The position numbers and the translations under genes are program-made. A DNA stretch of 64,000 bases from Sphyrna mokarran (lineage: Eukaryota). The stretch spans positions 34,224,001 through 34,288,000 of the forward strand of contig JAGIQG010000029.1 in the NCBI GenBank assembly GCA_024679065.1, written 5' to 3'. The notes under the pieces are model-generated. The model did not search any database. It was given only the letters and a program-made list of their open reading frames with translations, and was not told the DNA's origin. Every line of letters begins with the position of its first letter. Within the stretch, counting starts at the first letter, position 1. Of this stretch, positions 11,300 through 24,215 are shown piece after piece.

Positions 11300-11666
11300 C
11301 AGCCATGGGATGCGGGTGTTGCTGGCTGGGCCGGTTTTATTGCCCATCCACAATTGCCCTTGAATTGAATGGCTTACTGTGGCATTTCAGAGGGTAGTTG
11401 AGAGTTAACAGCATTGCTGGGGATTTGGAGTTACATGTAGGCCAGACCAGGTAAGGACAGCAAATTTCCTTCCCTAAAGGACATTAGCAAACCTAGTGGG
11501 TTTTTACAATAATTGGCAATAGTTTCAGGGTCATCATTAGACTTTTAATTCCAGATTTTTATTAAGTTCAAATTTCACCACCTGCTGTGGTGGGATTTGA
11601 ACCTGGGTCCTCAGAACATGAGCCTGGGTCTCTGGATTACCAGTGACAATACCACTATGCCACTGC
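11300..11666 (-). mobile_element. tRNA-derived SINE, second family (called SINE-B here)
   Basis: Reverse complement has a tRNA-like head (agtggtatt...ggttcaaatccc), core tagggaaggaaat...ccttacctggtctggcctacatgt, and tail gatgggcaataaa...catcccatg. Confidence 0.8.
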
Positions 11667-12069
11667 TGTTTCAGATGGTTCATGTCATGGTATTTTCCTG
11701 ATCATAATTGCTTCTGTCGTTATTTGTTAAATAGAACAGCTAACCAACATGGCCATTTTAACCATGTGATCTGTGGCGAGTCCAAAGTCCTCCATCTAAA
11801 AAAGGTGGTGTGTTGGACTGAACACACTTTCTGTGTTGTAGCTTTTCACACTTTGAAACATGCACATTTTTTGGATGATGGTGGTTTCACATTTGAACAG
11901 GATGATGTGAGCATCAGACCATTTGCCGTTAGTGTACCACAGGTGGAGTTTTGATGTCTGTAGTTCTGCGGCACATTCACATTTGCATGAATTATTCAAA
12001 ACATGACACTGTAAAATGGCTGTGGATATTTGGCTACATTAAAGGCGCGATAGAAATGCAAGTTTTTGC

Positions 12070-12424
12070 CTTTTTTTAATTCATTCATGGGAAATGGGCA
12101 CCGCTGGTTGGCCAGCATTTATTGCCCATCCCTAGTTGCCCATGGAGGGGCAGTTTGAGAGTCATTCACGTTGCTGGGCTGTGTAGGCCAGGCCAGATAA
12201 GGACAGCAGATTTCCTTCCCTAAATAACATCAGTGAATCAGATGGGATTTTCCTGACAATCGACCATGATTTCACGGTCATCAGTAGATTCTTAATCCCA
12301 GATTTTTTGTTTATTGAATTCAAATTCCGCCATCTGCCATTGTGGGATTTGAAGCTGGGTTTCCAGAACGGTAGCTGAGTTTCTGGGTTAATATTCTAAT
12401 GATAATACCATTTGGCCATCGCCT
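12070..12424 (-). mobile_element. SINE-B copy
   Basis: Same consensus as the 11300 copy. Confidence 0.8.
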
Positions 12425-13109
12425 CTCTGTGAGAGACAAGAATAGATTTCATGCACTCCTACAGTGGGACAACCTGCTGAAACTCTCAAACTCAGTTTTC
12501 AGGCAAAGAATGGCCACTTGGAGAGTTGCTGAGGAAAGGCAGCTGGAGATTTTTGTTCCGGAATGTTCCTGTGAAGCCCTTTGGAATGTTCCATTTAAAG
12601 AAAAAGTACATAATATAGTTTTTTTTTGTTATGCAGCATCTTGTGATGTAAGGTGTTGCACATATGCAAATTGTTCAGAGTAATTTCAGGGTTCAGGGAT
12701 AATAAAGTGCAAAAAAGTGTTTAAGCTTCAAGCTCAAATTATTTCTATTCTGTTGTTGGTTTTTGTACTTGCTGCAAACATGACATTTAGAATGTGATCC
12801 CAGCGAGTTACGCTTTTCCGTTCCTGCCCCTTCCCCTGCCATCTTGCTAATTCAGGAACAGTATCTACGGTCCAACTTCCTTGAACTCTATTGAGCTGGT
12901 TTCAGACTCTAAGTTGTGCATCCTGTTTGTATTGTGCACCAGACTTCACAGAGTCCATTCCCCACCACTCCCCCACCCCTCTCCTCCCGGTTTCTATGCT
13001 GCTGAATTCCTGGCATGCCTGCTGTAAATACACATTGACATGAGAGACAAGCTCGGGAGCTAACACTCTTATTAACCTCTTATTAAACCCTTAAAGTGAC
13101 AATATCACC

Positions 13110-13552
13110 ACAGTGCGTTCAATGGACCCATCCACCTGCTCTGCCCAAGACCACAAAAAAGCACAAAAGGTTGTGAATGTAGCCCAATCCATCAGGCAAA
13201 CCAACCTCCCGTCCATTGCCTCTATTTACACTTCCCACTGTCTCAGCAAAGCAGTCAGAATAATTAAGGACTCCACGCACCCTGGACATTCTCTCTTCCA
13301 TCAGGAAAAAGGTACAAAAGTCTGAGGTCGTATACCAATCGATACAAGAACAACTTCTTCCCTGCTGCTGTCAGATTTTTGAATAGACTTACCTTGCATT
13401 AAGTTGATCTTTCTCTGTACCCGATCTATGACTGTAACACTACATTCTGCACTCACTCGTTTCCTTCTCTATGAATGGTATGCTTTGTCTGTATCGCACG
13501 CAAGAAACAATACATTTCACTGTATACTAATACGTGTAACAATAATAAATCA
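13110..13552 (+). mobile_element. Rex1/Babar-type LINE 3' end
   Basis: CSAQDHKKAQKVVNVAQSI...IIKDSTHPGHSLF ORF C-terminus followed by a 3'UTR ending aataataaatcaa. Confidence 0.8.
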
Positions 13553-13834
13553 ATTCACAGCAGCAAAGGGTCACCTTGCCTGGGCGATGAACTGGAACTC
13601 AGTGAATAATCATCCCAGAAGCAGAGTCCTCTTAGTCAGGAGGTATTTATGGAGCAAGATACAGCCATAAGGCTGCTGTTTTATTAATAATAAATGCTTT
13701 TGGTATTATGCCACCCAAGGTTTTTTTTTCAGTCACACCAAGATAGGTTTTGGGATACCAGTAATCTCCTTGGGTTTCCTGCAACATTCTTCCTTTCTTA
13801 TCAACATCCCTCTCCTTTCTTGGAAAAATAAATT

Positions 13835-14140
13835 GGGCGGCAGGGTGGCACAGTGGTTAGCACTGCTGCCTCACAGTGCCAGAGATCCGGGTTCGATTCC
13901 TGGCTTAGATCCCTCTCTGTATGGAGTCTGCACATTCTCCCCGTGTCTGCCTGGGTTTCCTCCTGGTGCTTTGGTTTCCTCCCACAGTCCAAAAGATGTG
14001 AGGGTTAGATGCAGTGGCCAAGCGAAATTCTCCCCCAGTGTCCCAGAACAGTCGCCGGAGTGTGGCGACCAGGGGATTTTCACAGTACCTTCATTGCAGT
14101 GTTAATATAAACCTACTTATGACAATAATAAATGAACTTA
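13835..14140 (+). mobile_element. V-SINE with type-2 tail, near full length
   Basis: gggcggcagggtggcacagtggttagcactgctgcctcacag...ttcattgcagtgttaat...aataataaa. Confidence 0.88.
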
Positions 14141-15273
14141 AAAATCAAGAGCTTGAATTCCTTTAGTCTTTTATGACATTAGAAGATGCTTTATAGATAG
14201 GGTTTATATTCCAGTGCTAAAGTATAGGAATTGGGTTGCCAATTTACATCTAGCAAGCTCCTTCAAAACAGCAATGTGATAAATGACCAGATATTGTTTT
14301 TTTTTTGCGATATTAGTTAAAGGATAAATTTCAGCTGGGATGGGAGTGTGGGATGGGGACTGAATTGCTTTGAGTAAGTGCTGCGGGCTCTTTTTACTCG
14401 GCAGTATTTTTCTACAGGATGTACACACTAGCCCGCTATGAACAATGCTGGCAATTATGGACAGCCCTTTCATGCCACTGTGAATTGCTGGAACAGGTTG
14501 TGGCAACAGCTTGTATTTTGCTGTTGACATGAAATCACTTTGAGAAGCCTGAGCTGCTAAAAATGGGAAACAGTGTTCTGTTTCTTTGAAATAATCTGCA
14601 AATAGCTTTTTCTTTTTTTTTGTTAGAGATTCCAATGTGTACTCCCTAGAAGTGTACAGCAAGAATAAATATTTAGTTAGAGACAGGGGGATTTAACTCA
14701 GTCCTGTGGTAGCATGAAGCTGACTCCAGTTAACTTGTCAGGCTATTGCCCAAGCTGCTACAAGCTATATTTGCAATAGCATTCTTAATGAGAAAAGCTC
14801 CCTAAACATTTGCAAACAGATAAAAATGAGTGAAAAGATTGGCTGGCATACCATGTTGCAATTATCCTGGAATTGAAGATGGGGCCTCTGGAACAGTTCT
14901 GCAAGTAATTCCAGAAAGCAACCATTGGGGTATTATTTTCTCCAAACACTAAACTCCCCCCCCCCGTTATGTTGACATATATCCCCTTTCACGACCACAG
15001 GATGTCCTGAAACATTTCCATCCAATCAGCTACTTAAGTGCAGTCACTCTGGTAATGCTGAGAGAAAAAAATACATTGGAGATGGAGGAGATTGGACCAT
15101 TTGACAGAAGTTGAGAATCAAGCATTCACAGAATGAAGTATTTGTTTGCTTCTCAATTGGCTCGGGAAGGACGAGTAACGTGAAGCAGTTGTGGTGGGCC
15201 CAGTGGCGCAGATGTACATCCTGTCCCATTTGCAGCTGAACTTTGTATACGCAGATCGGAACCCACCAGAACC

Positions 15274-15639
15274 TTTTTTTATTCATTCCTGGGACGTGGG
15301 CATCACTGGCTGGCTAGGATTTATTGCCCATCTCTGGTTGCCCTAGTTGAGAGGGCAGTTGAGAGTCAACCACATTGCTGTGGCTCCAGAGTCATATGTA
15401 GGTCAGATGGGAAGATCAGGATGGCAGATTTCCTTCCCTAAAGCACACCAGGGAGTCAGATGGGTTTTTCTGATAATCAACAAAATTCCATGGTCATCGA
15501 TAGATTCTTAATTCCAGATTTTTTTTATTGAATTCAAATTCCACCATTTGCCATAACAGGATTCGAAACCAAATCCCCAGATTTTAATTGAGTTTCTGAG
15601 TTAATAGTCTTATTGATAATACCACTAGGCCATCGCCTC
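15274..15639 (-). mobile_element. SINE-B copy
   Basis: Full head-to-tail match to the family. Confidence 0.8.
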
Positions 15640-16019
15640 ACCTACCAAACACCACAACTGATGAACATGGGGCTTCACCTTGAAGATCGAACAAGAAAGG
15701 AAGGCATTAGTAGGAGATGATTGAAAACCTGCCACAATGCTCCCATCGTTATTCACTCAGTTACCCTCCTTCACAATGTCCTCCAAGGAGCAATTTAGGA
15801 GCAATTGGACTCTATTGGCTGATTCTTACTGTCAATCCGATTACTTTTCTGCCACTTCTTTTCCAATATTATAGGTAGCAAATGAAAGTATGAATACAAT
15901 TTTATTTAACATCCCTATGAAACCAGTTATTAGTTCGGGCTGAATGGGCCAAAGGACCTCTTCCTGTGTTATTTTGGTTTTTTTTTGTTTCATGGTTTTC
16001 TCACAGCAGCAGGTTAGGA

Positions 16020-16287
16020 GTGGCATGATAGCACCGTTGTTAACATTGCTGCTTCACAGCGCCAGGGACCCAGATTTGATTCCTGTTGTGGGTGACTGCC
16101 TGTATGGAGTTTGCACATTCTCCCCGTGTCTGTGTGGGTTTCCTCTGGGTGCTTCAGTTTCCTCCCACGTTCTGAAAGACGTGCTGGTTAGGGTGCATTG
16201 ACCAGAAAGGGCACCAGATTGTGGCAGATAGGGGAATTTCACAGTAACTTCATTGCAGTGTAACTTGTAACTAATAAATAAACTTTA
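16020..16287 (+). mobile_element. V-SINE with type-2 tail
   Basis: Head, core and tail ending ctaataaataaacttta. Confidence 0.85.
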
Positions 16288-17149
16288 TTTTTCTTTTAAT
16301 ATTGAATTATTGGTGACTCCAGAACAATCCAGGAGAGGTAGCAATTCTAGGAGAAGGTCAAGAAGCATGCATTTCTATAAAGATTTGGATGGGCATGTTG
16401 ATTTCGGATAACTGAGTGGAGTGTAAATATTAACACAACTGGTTAGATTGAACAGCCGATGTTTTGGTGTTAGAGGTAAAACTAACTACAACTAAAATGG
16501 CGTCTCGGTCTAACAGGCTGAGAGTGTGGCCAAACTGGGGGGAAGATGTCTCTGCCGTGGCATTGAGAACCTCTTCTGAGGTTGGATCTGTGGCATGGAC
16601 AGGGTGGAGTGGTAGGAAAAGAAGAATTTTGTTTTCCTTGGGTCAACGCTGTTCAGAATTCAAGGAAAAGTGTGTAATAATGGCCACATGACAGCAAGCT
16701 GTAGGCGGGGAATTTTCCCTTCAAACTGCATCTGGGGAGTATCTGTTCCTTTTAAAAAAGTTTAAGCAGAAGTGCTGAAATAAACCAGATAGAAAATAAA
16801 TAATGCAACTCAATTGGTAAATCTCTTTTCAGAGAATACTCAGTAAATCCACAAAAGACCCACCTTGTGCTGACCACATGGTTCACTGTCAGAAGGAAGT
16901 TTCCAATTATTCAAGTTAAGCAATATTTTGAGTTTTAAATTCAGCAGTGGCCGCATTTTGAGTATGTTGGTCAGGCACATGGAGAGAGAAGAACCAAGTT
17001 AACGTTTCAGATTGGTGAGTATGTGTCAGAGAGAAATAGAGTTCTTCCATTGTGAAAATGAACACTTTAATTCTGACTTGCAGCAGATCTGGGGGATACC
17101 AGTGCCACCTTTCTGCCACTTTAATTGTGTCAGCGTAACTCTCCCCTTC

Positions 17150-17512
17150 CCGACCCAGGAGGTTGTATGTTCAATTTCTTGGATACTTCAGCAGAAAACT
17201 GAAACTGTGCAGGATTGAGGGAATGCTACATGGTCAGAGATCTTTTTAATGAACCATTCCCCTCTCGGGTGGACACATAAGATCCAAAGGTAATATTTTG
17301 AAGAGCAGTGGAAGTCTCCTCTGTGTCTCAGACAACATTCATCCCACCTCCAACATCATTAACACAGATGAGCTGGTTGTCATTCACTCTTTTCCATGGG
17401 AACCGACTGTGTGTGAATTGATACAATTCCTTTGTTACTGCATTGTTGACAATTCTGAAGTAGGGACAAGTTGAAGTGCTGAATGGTGTCGTATAAATGT
17501 AAGGTCTTTCTA
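17150..17512 (+). mobile_element. Degraded DeuSINE-like copy
   Basis: tgagggaatgctac...cgggtggacacataagatcc...ttttgaagagcag...tataaatgtaaggtctttc. Confidence 0.6.
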
Positions 17513-17654
17513 TTCATGTCTCTTGTTTTGAACACAATTCACCAACTGAAGTACAGTTGATCTTTGTGCCCCTCTACATTCTGCTATGGTGGATGTGGTG
17601 GCTGTTCCAATCTGTGCTGAGCAGTTTCCCAAATTCTGACTATAATTCTTAAAT

Positions 17655-17921
17655 ATCTGGAATTAAGAATCTACTGATGACCATGAAACCATTGTCAATT
17701 GTCGGAAAAACCCAGCTGGTTCACTAATGTCCTTTCGGGAAGGAAATCTGCCGCCCTTACCTGGTCTGGTTTACGTGTGACTCCAGAGCCACGGCAATGT
17801 GGTTGACTCTCAAATGCTCTCTGAAATGGCCCAGCAAGCCACTCTCCAAGGACAGCTAGGGATGGGCAATATGTGCTGGCCAGCCAGAGATACTCATGGC
17901 CTACAAATGAATTAAAAAAAA
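17655..17921 (+). mobile_element. 5'-truncated SINE-B copy
   Basis: atctggaattaagaatctactgatgacc...gggatgggcaata...aatgaattaaaaaaa. Confidence 0.8.
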
Positions 17922-18305
17922 CTGAATGTGACAGACAGCAATCTGTTCTAATTACATTTGAAAGAGAAAGATGTTGAGGGGAATAACTCCATCCAAAAGT
18001 GCTGCAATTGCTTTCCTTGTTGAGCTCCGTTTTAAGTGGAGAATAGCTTGGGATAAGGATAGAATGGAAACCTTTCCAGGTATTTTCCCCATTTCCTCCA
18101 AACCCCCTTCTCCTGATGACACAGAAGATGGTTTGGCTAAAGATTCAAAGAGGGTGTGAAAAATACCTCTCTCCTGTCTTCTCCCCAGTATTCCCAAACT
18201 CTCCAAATTGTCCACACTGTTTTATTTTGGGAAGGTGCTTCTGAACATTAGCTCGGAGCAGGGAAGACATTCGATCCTGCAGGAGTAGAGAAACCTCTGA
18301 TCCTT

Positions 18306-18465
18306 GTTTTTATTCATTCATGGGATGTGGGTGTTGCTGGGTGGTCAGTGTTCATTGCTCGTCCCTAGTTGCCCGAGGGCAGTTGAGAGTCAACTACATT
18401 CACGTGTAGGCCAGACCGGGTAAGGACAGCAGATTTCCTTCCCTAAAGTAATTTAATGAACCAGA
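18306..18465 (-). mobile_element. Partial SINE-B copy
   Basis: Tail and core on the minus strand. Confidence 0.75.
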
Positions 18466-19370
18466 CACGCATTACATTGCTGGAACTAGAAGCCATATCG
18501 GAAAGTGGTGAATTACTCTCTGATGCAGTGATCAGGAGGGTCCTAGTCACTCATCACTTAGTCACAGTGTATTTTGTACAGATAATGCAATGGTGTGTTT
18601 GAGTTAATTTGCATAAAAGAACACCATGTTACGCAGTACTAACCTTTAATCTGGGACCCTCGCTTTATCAGATTCATGATTCATTTTCCCCATAACTGTT
18701 TCTCTGTTTTTTTTTCCTCTCACTTTATCTCTGTCTATCTCTCTCTTACCCCCAACTCTGATGCTGCAGGTTCTCAATCATAGTTTAATTAAAAAAGCTA
18801 AGTCAACCCTGTCTGATTTGAAGGGAAGAGATGTTTCATTGAGCACGGTGATTCCAGCTGTAGCCTCATTCAAAAGATGTTGGACTAAATGTATTCTCGA
18901 TTTGTTCACATTGCAAAGTCCTGTGCGCCTTCCCCCCCCCCCCCCCCCCCCTCAAAAACTCCCTCCACATGAGACAGTGATGGTTCTAGGACGAGTCCAG
19001 TATCAAATTAGGTGATCCAGATCCCAAGTCAGCACCTATCTTCTTTGCTATAACTTTTTAACTATTCACCCTCTGTAGTATTTCTGGCTCCTGTGATCTT
19101 GAATGATCTTGAAATGGATATTGTTTTCTTTAAACTTGCAAGAGGATCTGTGCCTGGATTGGGTTTAGGAGGTTTAAGGGTGTGTGGAGCTGTGTCTGGG
19201 TTTTTTGTCTGTGGTTTGGGGATATCCAGCAGAATATCTTGGGAGGACCCATCAGTGCATGAAGGAATAGCCCTGGACACTGCAATGGCTTTGGTTATTT
19301 GACTAATCTGAACCACGAGAGTGACAGGGATTAGGGGAAAATTCTGATTTGACACATATCATCATTTTAG

Positions 19371-19722
19371 AACTCTACCACAGCAGCTGATGACATTTGA
19401 ATTCAATAAAAATCTAGAATTAAAAGTCTAATGATGACCAGGAACTATTGTTGATTGTCGTTAAAAACCCATCTGATTCACTAATGTTGTTTAAAGGAAG
19501 GAAATCTGCTGTCCTTACTTGGCCTGGCTGACACACAACTCCAGATTCACAGCAATATGGTTGTCTCTTAACTGCCCTCTGAAATGGTCATCAGTAAATT
19601 CTTAATGCCAGATATTTTGAATTCAAATTTCACTATCTGCTGTGGCAGGATTCGAACCCACATCCCCATAACATGAGATGCTAGATTAATGGTCTAGCAA
19701 TAATACCACTCAGCCCATCGCC
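19371..19722. mobile_element. Two fused SINE-B pieces in opposite orientation
   Basis: + copy 19371-19587 joined at ATGG to a - copy head 19584-19722. Confidence 0.7.
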
Positions 19723-19779
19723 TCTTGGTTATAAAGCTGAAGTGGGTAGATGGAGTTAAGATGCTGCTCAGTCATTTTC

Positions 19780-20915
19780 TAATAATTCCAGTGAAGCTAC
19801 AAGCCTGCCATTTACCTGACAGTGTGGAAAATTGCTCAGGGATGTCCTGTCCACAAGGAGCTCTAAGAAAACTGGAAATCTCTCTGCTGGCTGAAGTTAT
19901 ACCAACACAAATGAAAACGGCTGTGTTGATTGGAGTCAATCATCTCAGCCCCAGGACATCACTGCAGAATTTCCTCAGGGAGTGTCCTAGACACAACCAT
20001 CTTCAATTGCTTCATCAATGACCTTCCCCCTTCAGAAGGTCAAAACTGGGATGTTTGCTGATGTGAATGTTCAGCTCTTCAGGTACTGAAGTAATTTGTG
20101 TCCATGCATAGGAAAATCTGGACAACATTTGGGCTATGGCTGATGTGTAATGTAAATGTTATTTGTCACTTGAATGCCAGGCAATGATTACTTCCAATAA
20201 ATAACCATCTCCCTTTACATTCAATGGCTTTACCATCACTGAATCCTCTATTATCAACAACTTGGGATCACCATTGACCAGAAATGGAACTTGTTGAGCC
20301 GTATAAATACTGTGGCTACAAGAGCAGGTCAGATGCTGAGAATCCTGCAGTGAGTAACTCACCTTCTGACTCCCCAAAGCCTATCCATCATCTGTAAGGC
20401 ACAAATGTGATGGAATATTTTCCACTTGTCTGAATCAGCGCAGCTCCAACACTCATGAAGTTCAGCACCATCCAGGATAAAGCAGCCCACTTGACTGGCA
20501 CCCCACTCTCAGCCTGCACTCCTTCCAATGCCAATGGACAATAGAAACAGTATGTACCATCTACAAACTGCACTGCAGAAACTCACCGAGCCTCCTACAA
20601 TAGCACCTTCCGAACCCACAGTCTTTACCACCTAGAAGGATAAGGACAGCAGATCCATAGGGATACCACCACCTGCGAGTTGCCCATACCATCCTGACTT
20701 GGAAATATATTGTCATTCCTTCATTGTCTCTAGATCAAAGTCCTGGAATTCCCTCCCTAAGAGCACTGTGGGTGTACCTACACCATTTGGACTGCGAACG
20801 GCTCAAAAAGGCAACTTGCCAACACTTCTTTTATGGGAAAATAAGGAATGAGTAATGAACGTTGGCCCAGCCAGCGATGTCAACATTATGTGAAAGAGTT
20901 TCTTAAAAAAAAAGA
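19780..20915 (+). mobile_element. Degraded CR1/L2-group LINE, RT to 3' end; its tail resembles the SINE-B tail
   Basis: Relics of PQG..L..TIF.CFINDLP and MFAD RT motifs. 3' end ...ttggcccagccagcgatgtcaacatt resembles the SINE-B tail. Confidence 0.75.
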
Positions 20916-22046
20916 AAAATTTGAATTGCAGAACAAGGAGCTGAATTCTCCCTCCTCCTTTCCTGTAGCGGCACATTATTTTGAGAGAATGGAAATGGTT
21001 TCTACGGTTACTGGTCAAAAGCAATAAAGCTGGTGTATCTATAATTGGCAATTTGGTTTGGAACAGGGTAGTGAGATACACATGACATACACACACCTCT
21101 TCCAGATCACTACCTCATTGTTAACTCAGGTATACAGGAACCGAAGGAGATTATTCAATCCATCGAGGCTGCTCCACTGAGTGAGTGTGGCTGATTTTTA
21201 CCTCACTTTCATAGGATGTAATTCCACATCCCCAGTTCATCTCACTATTGACAACACCAATGGTCAAGACTTTTTGAAGGGAACTTTTCTATTATCCTTT
21301 GTGTGAAGAAATATTTCCTGTTTTTTTTTTATTTGTAAGAGTCCTGTCTTAATCCTGTTAGCTTTCCTCATCTTCTGCTGTCACAACAAGTTGTTTCTTT
21401 GTTTTAAATGGTCAAGTCATTTTCACACCAACAACCTGTTCAGATCACCCCCTCAATCTTGCTCAGCTCAAGGTCAGGCAAGCCAAGTTTCTGTAACAGC
21501 TTCATGTTGCTGTTTTACCAGAGCTCAGATTTGCCTTCATTGCAACAGTTCCTACGCAGTAACACCCGCCCACGCCCTGATGTGATCCCTGCACATTTAG
21601 CAGAAGTGTCTTGTCTTCCCCAGCAGGAAGGGAGCTCCCCGTTTTACTAAAACAACTGTGGGGGCTGCAAAGATGCAGAACAAAAACTGCTCACTTATTC
21701 TTTTGTGGCGGATTAAACCTTTTGGTTTCATTTCCACTATTGGCTCCTCTGTGTGTGTGTGTTGTCGTGTCTCTTGTTTATCCCTCCAGTAATATTGGTT
21801 AGGAATCAGAGGAAGGTGTTTATTGCCAATGTGAACGAAGCTGGTCCTTCCCTCGTGATTCCCTTGCCCTTTCCATAGGTACTGAGATTCCACCAGCATA
21901 TTCTCTCAGTGCCCATTCTTTCAAGGGTGAGTCCAGAGTGTTAATGTCAACAGGTAATTCAACTAGGAAAGGCATCACAGGCAAAGGCCATGTCAGCTTC
22001 CTCTGCCATCCAGATGTAGATTTTCCAGCACTGGTCCCTGATGAGG

Positions 22047-22340
22047 TTTAAAGTTTATTTATTAGTGTCACAATAGGCTTACATTAACACTGCAATGAAG
22101 TTATTGTGATAATCACCTGGTTGCCATATTCTGGCACCTGTTCGGGTACACCTGAGGGAGAATTTAGCACGGTCAGTGCACCTAACCAGCATGTCTTTCA
22201 GACTGTGGGAGGAAACCTGAGCACCTGGAGGAAACCTGTGTAGACATGGGGAGAATGTGCAGATTCCACTCAGTGATCCAAGCTGGGAATTGAACGCTGG
22301 TCTCTGGCACTGTGAGGCAGCAGTGCCACCGTCCTGTCCC
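22047..22340 (-). mobile_element. V-SINE with type-2 tail
   Basis: Reverse-complement consensus match. Confidence 0.88.
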
Positions 22341-22619
22341 CAGGGTGCAGGAACTCTGACTTAATTGTTGTTTCTATCTTTACGCCCCTTGTTCCTGGGC
22401 GTAATGTGTCAAACCCAATTCAGGAGTAATTTTTCATCGGAATTGGATATATAGTTGATGGAAGAGGTCCAGGGAGTCAGGCTAATTGGACAATTCTTTC
22501 AAAAAACAAGCATTGGCTCAATGGGCCAAGTAGTCATTTCTGGGACCACTCTGGCAAGCTGAGAAATGATTGACAATAATGTGCATGGATCAAGGACACC
22601 TCACAAAAGTTATTTTCTT

Positions 22620-22905
22620 TTTATTTATTCGTGTCACAAATAGGTTTACGTTAACACTGCAATGAAGTTATCGTGAAAATCCCTTTGTTGCCCTGCTCCA
22701 ACGCCTGTTCGGATACACTGAGGGAGAATTTAACACGGCCAATGCACCTAACTGCCTTTCAGACAGTGGGAGGAAACTGGAGCACCTGGAGGAAACCCAT
22801 GCAGACATGGGGAGAATGTGTGTAGTCTGCACAAACAGTGACCCATGTTAGGAATTAAACTTGGGTTCCTGACACTGTGAGGCAGCAGTGCTGACCATTG
22901 TGTTA
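22620..22905 (-). mobile_element. V-SINE with type-2 tail
   Basis: Reverse-complement consensus match. Confidence 0.88.
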
Positions 22906-23650
22906 TCTGCTTATGACATGGTTTGTTTGCTATTTGTTTTAAAAGGAACTTTAATCCATTTCAAAAGAGAGCTTGACGTTTGAAACATTTAGCCAAGGAA
23001 TAGGGAATGTTCTACAAAGTAAATTGTACATTTTCTGTTGATTGAGATACCCACATTTGTTCTAAGCTGTAGAGTTTTATGGATTATACTACCCTCCTGA
23101 AGGAATATGAGCAAACCCACACTTCATTGGCAGAGTTTTGACTTAGCCTGACTCCAGCAGTAGCAGTAATGTTGCTGAGACACTTGGAGCCACATGCGGT
23201 GTTGACTGTGTGTGTGCCAGCCCCAATATGCTGAAGGATCCCCGTGACAACTATTTAGTAAATATGTCTGCGACTAAACGGGACCAGCTGCCACCACATA
23301 CAGTTGATGACTGTTCTTTCGCTCATGAGGCCAGGATATAAATAGATTTAACTTCTTGCGCTACACTTTTGATGTCTAAATGTTCTTGTTTGTGCCCTTT
23401 TGAGGCTGCAATTATTAGATGGCATTTGATTAAAGCTTGCTGATAGGCTAATTCTGTAATGACTGCTGAAGAGTTTTGCTCATTGCCTTCACTTAATAAT
23501 GAGGGAGTTGTGGCCATTTTGTAGCAGGATAGAAACGTGTGTCATGATGGCATCGCTGACAAGTGACGACATTGGACTAATCAATACAAGGTTTCCAAAA
23601 AAGGAGTTGATACCCTTTTTAGTTCCTAGGGCAGCGGTGCGAGCAGTACC

Positions 23651-24215
23651 GAGGTGATGGCTTTGTGGTATTATTGCTGGACCAGTAATCCAGAGACCAA
23701 AAGTGAGAATGTGGAAGATCTCAGCAGGTCTGGCAGCATCTGTAAGGAGAGAAAAGAGCTGATATTTTGAGTCCCTTTGTCAAGCTGACAGAGTTTTTTG
23801 GATTGGAAATGCTAGCTCTTTCCTCTCCTTATAGATACTGCCAGACACGCTGAGATTTTCCGGCTTTTCTTTGGTCATCTGCAGTAATTTTTATCTAGTA
23901 ATCCAGAGACCCAGGGTAATACTGCAGGGATGTGGGATCAAATCCCACCATGGCAGATGGTGAAAATTGAGTTCAATAAAAGTATGGAACTAAAAGTCTA
24001 ATGATGACCATGAAACCATTGTCAATTGTTATAAAAACCCATCTGCTTCACTAATGTCCATCCGTTAGGGAAGGAAATCTGCCTTCCTTATCCAGTCCGG
24101 CCTAGTGTGATCCTAAACCCACAGCAATGCGGTTGACCCTCAACTGCTCTCAGGAAATCATAATAACTTGTTGTCCCAGCTAGTGACGCCCCATCCCCTG
24201 AATGAATGAAAATAA
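23651..24215 (+). mobile_element. SINE-B copy interrupted by a fold-back insertion
   Basis: Head starts 23651, resumes at 23897, and runs to the tail catcccctgaatgaatgaaaat. Confidence 0.8.
23699..23896. mobile_element. 198-bp palindromic PLE-like insertion with a 15-bp TSD
   Basis: AGTAATCCAGAGACC at 23684-23698 and 23897-23911; the internal arms are imperfect inverted repeats. Confidence 0.8.

Noticed and set aside
11796-11999. NGKWSDAH...FKCE resembling a C-type lectin end
   Set aside because: The conserved cysteine after the WND-like motif is missing and there is no other lectin exon; probably chance.
13835-13905. tRNA gene
   Set aside because: The A/B-box-like sequence is the tRNA-derived head of a SINE and continues into the V-domain.
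17952-19355. Paired opposite-strand ORFs at 17952-18215 and 19062-19355
   Set aside because: Short, no motifs and no convincing splice context.
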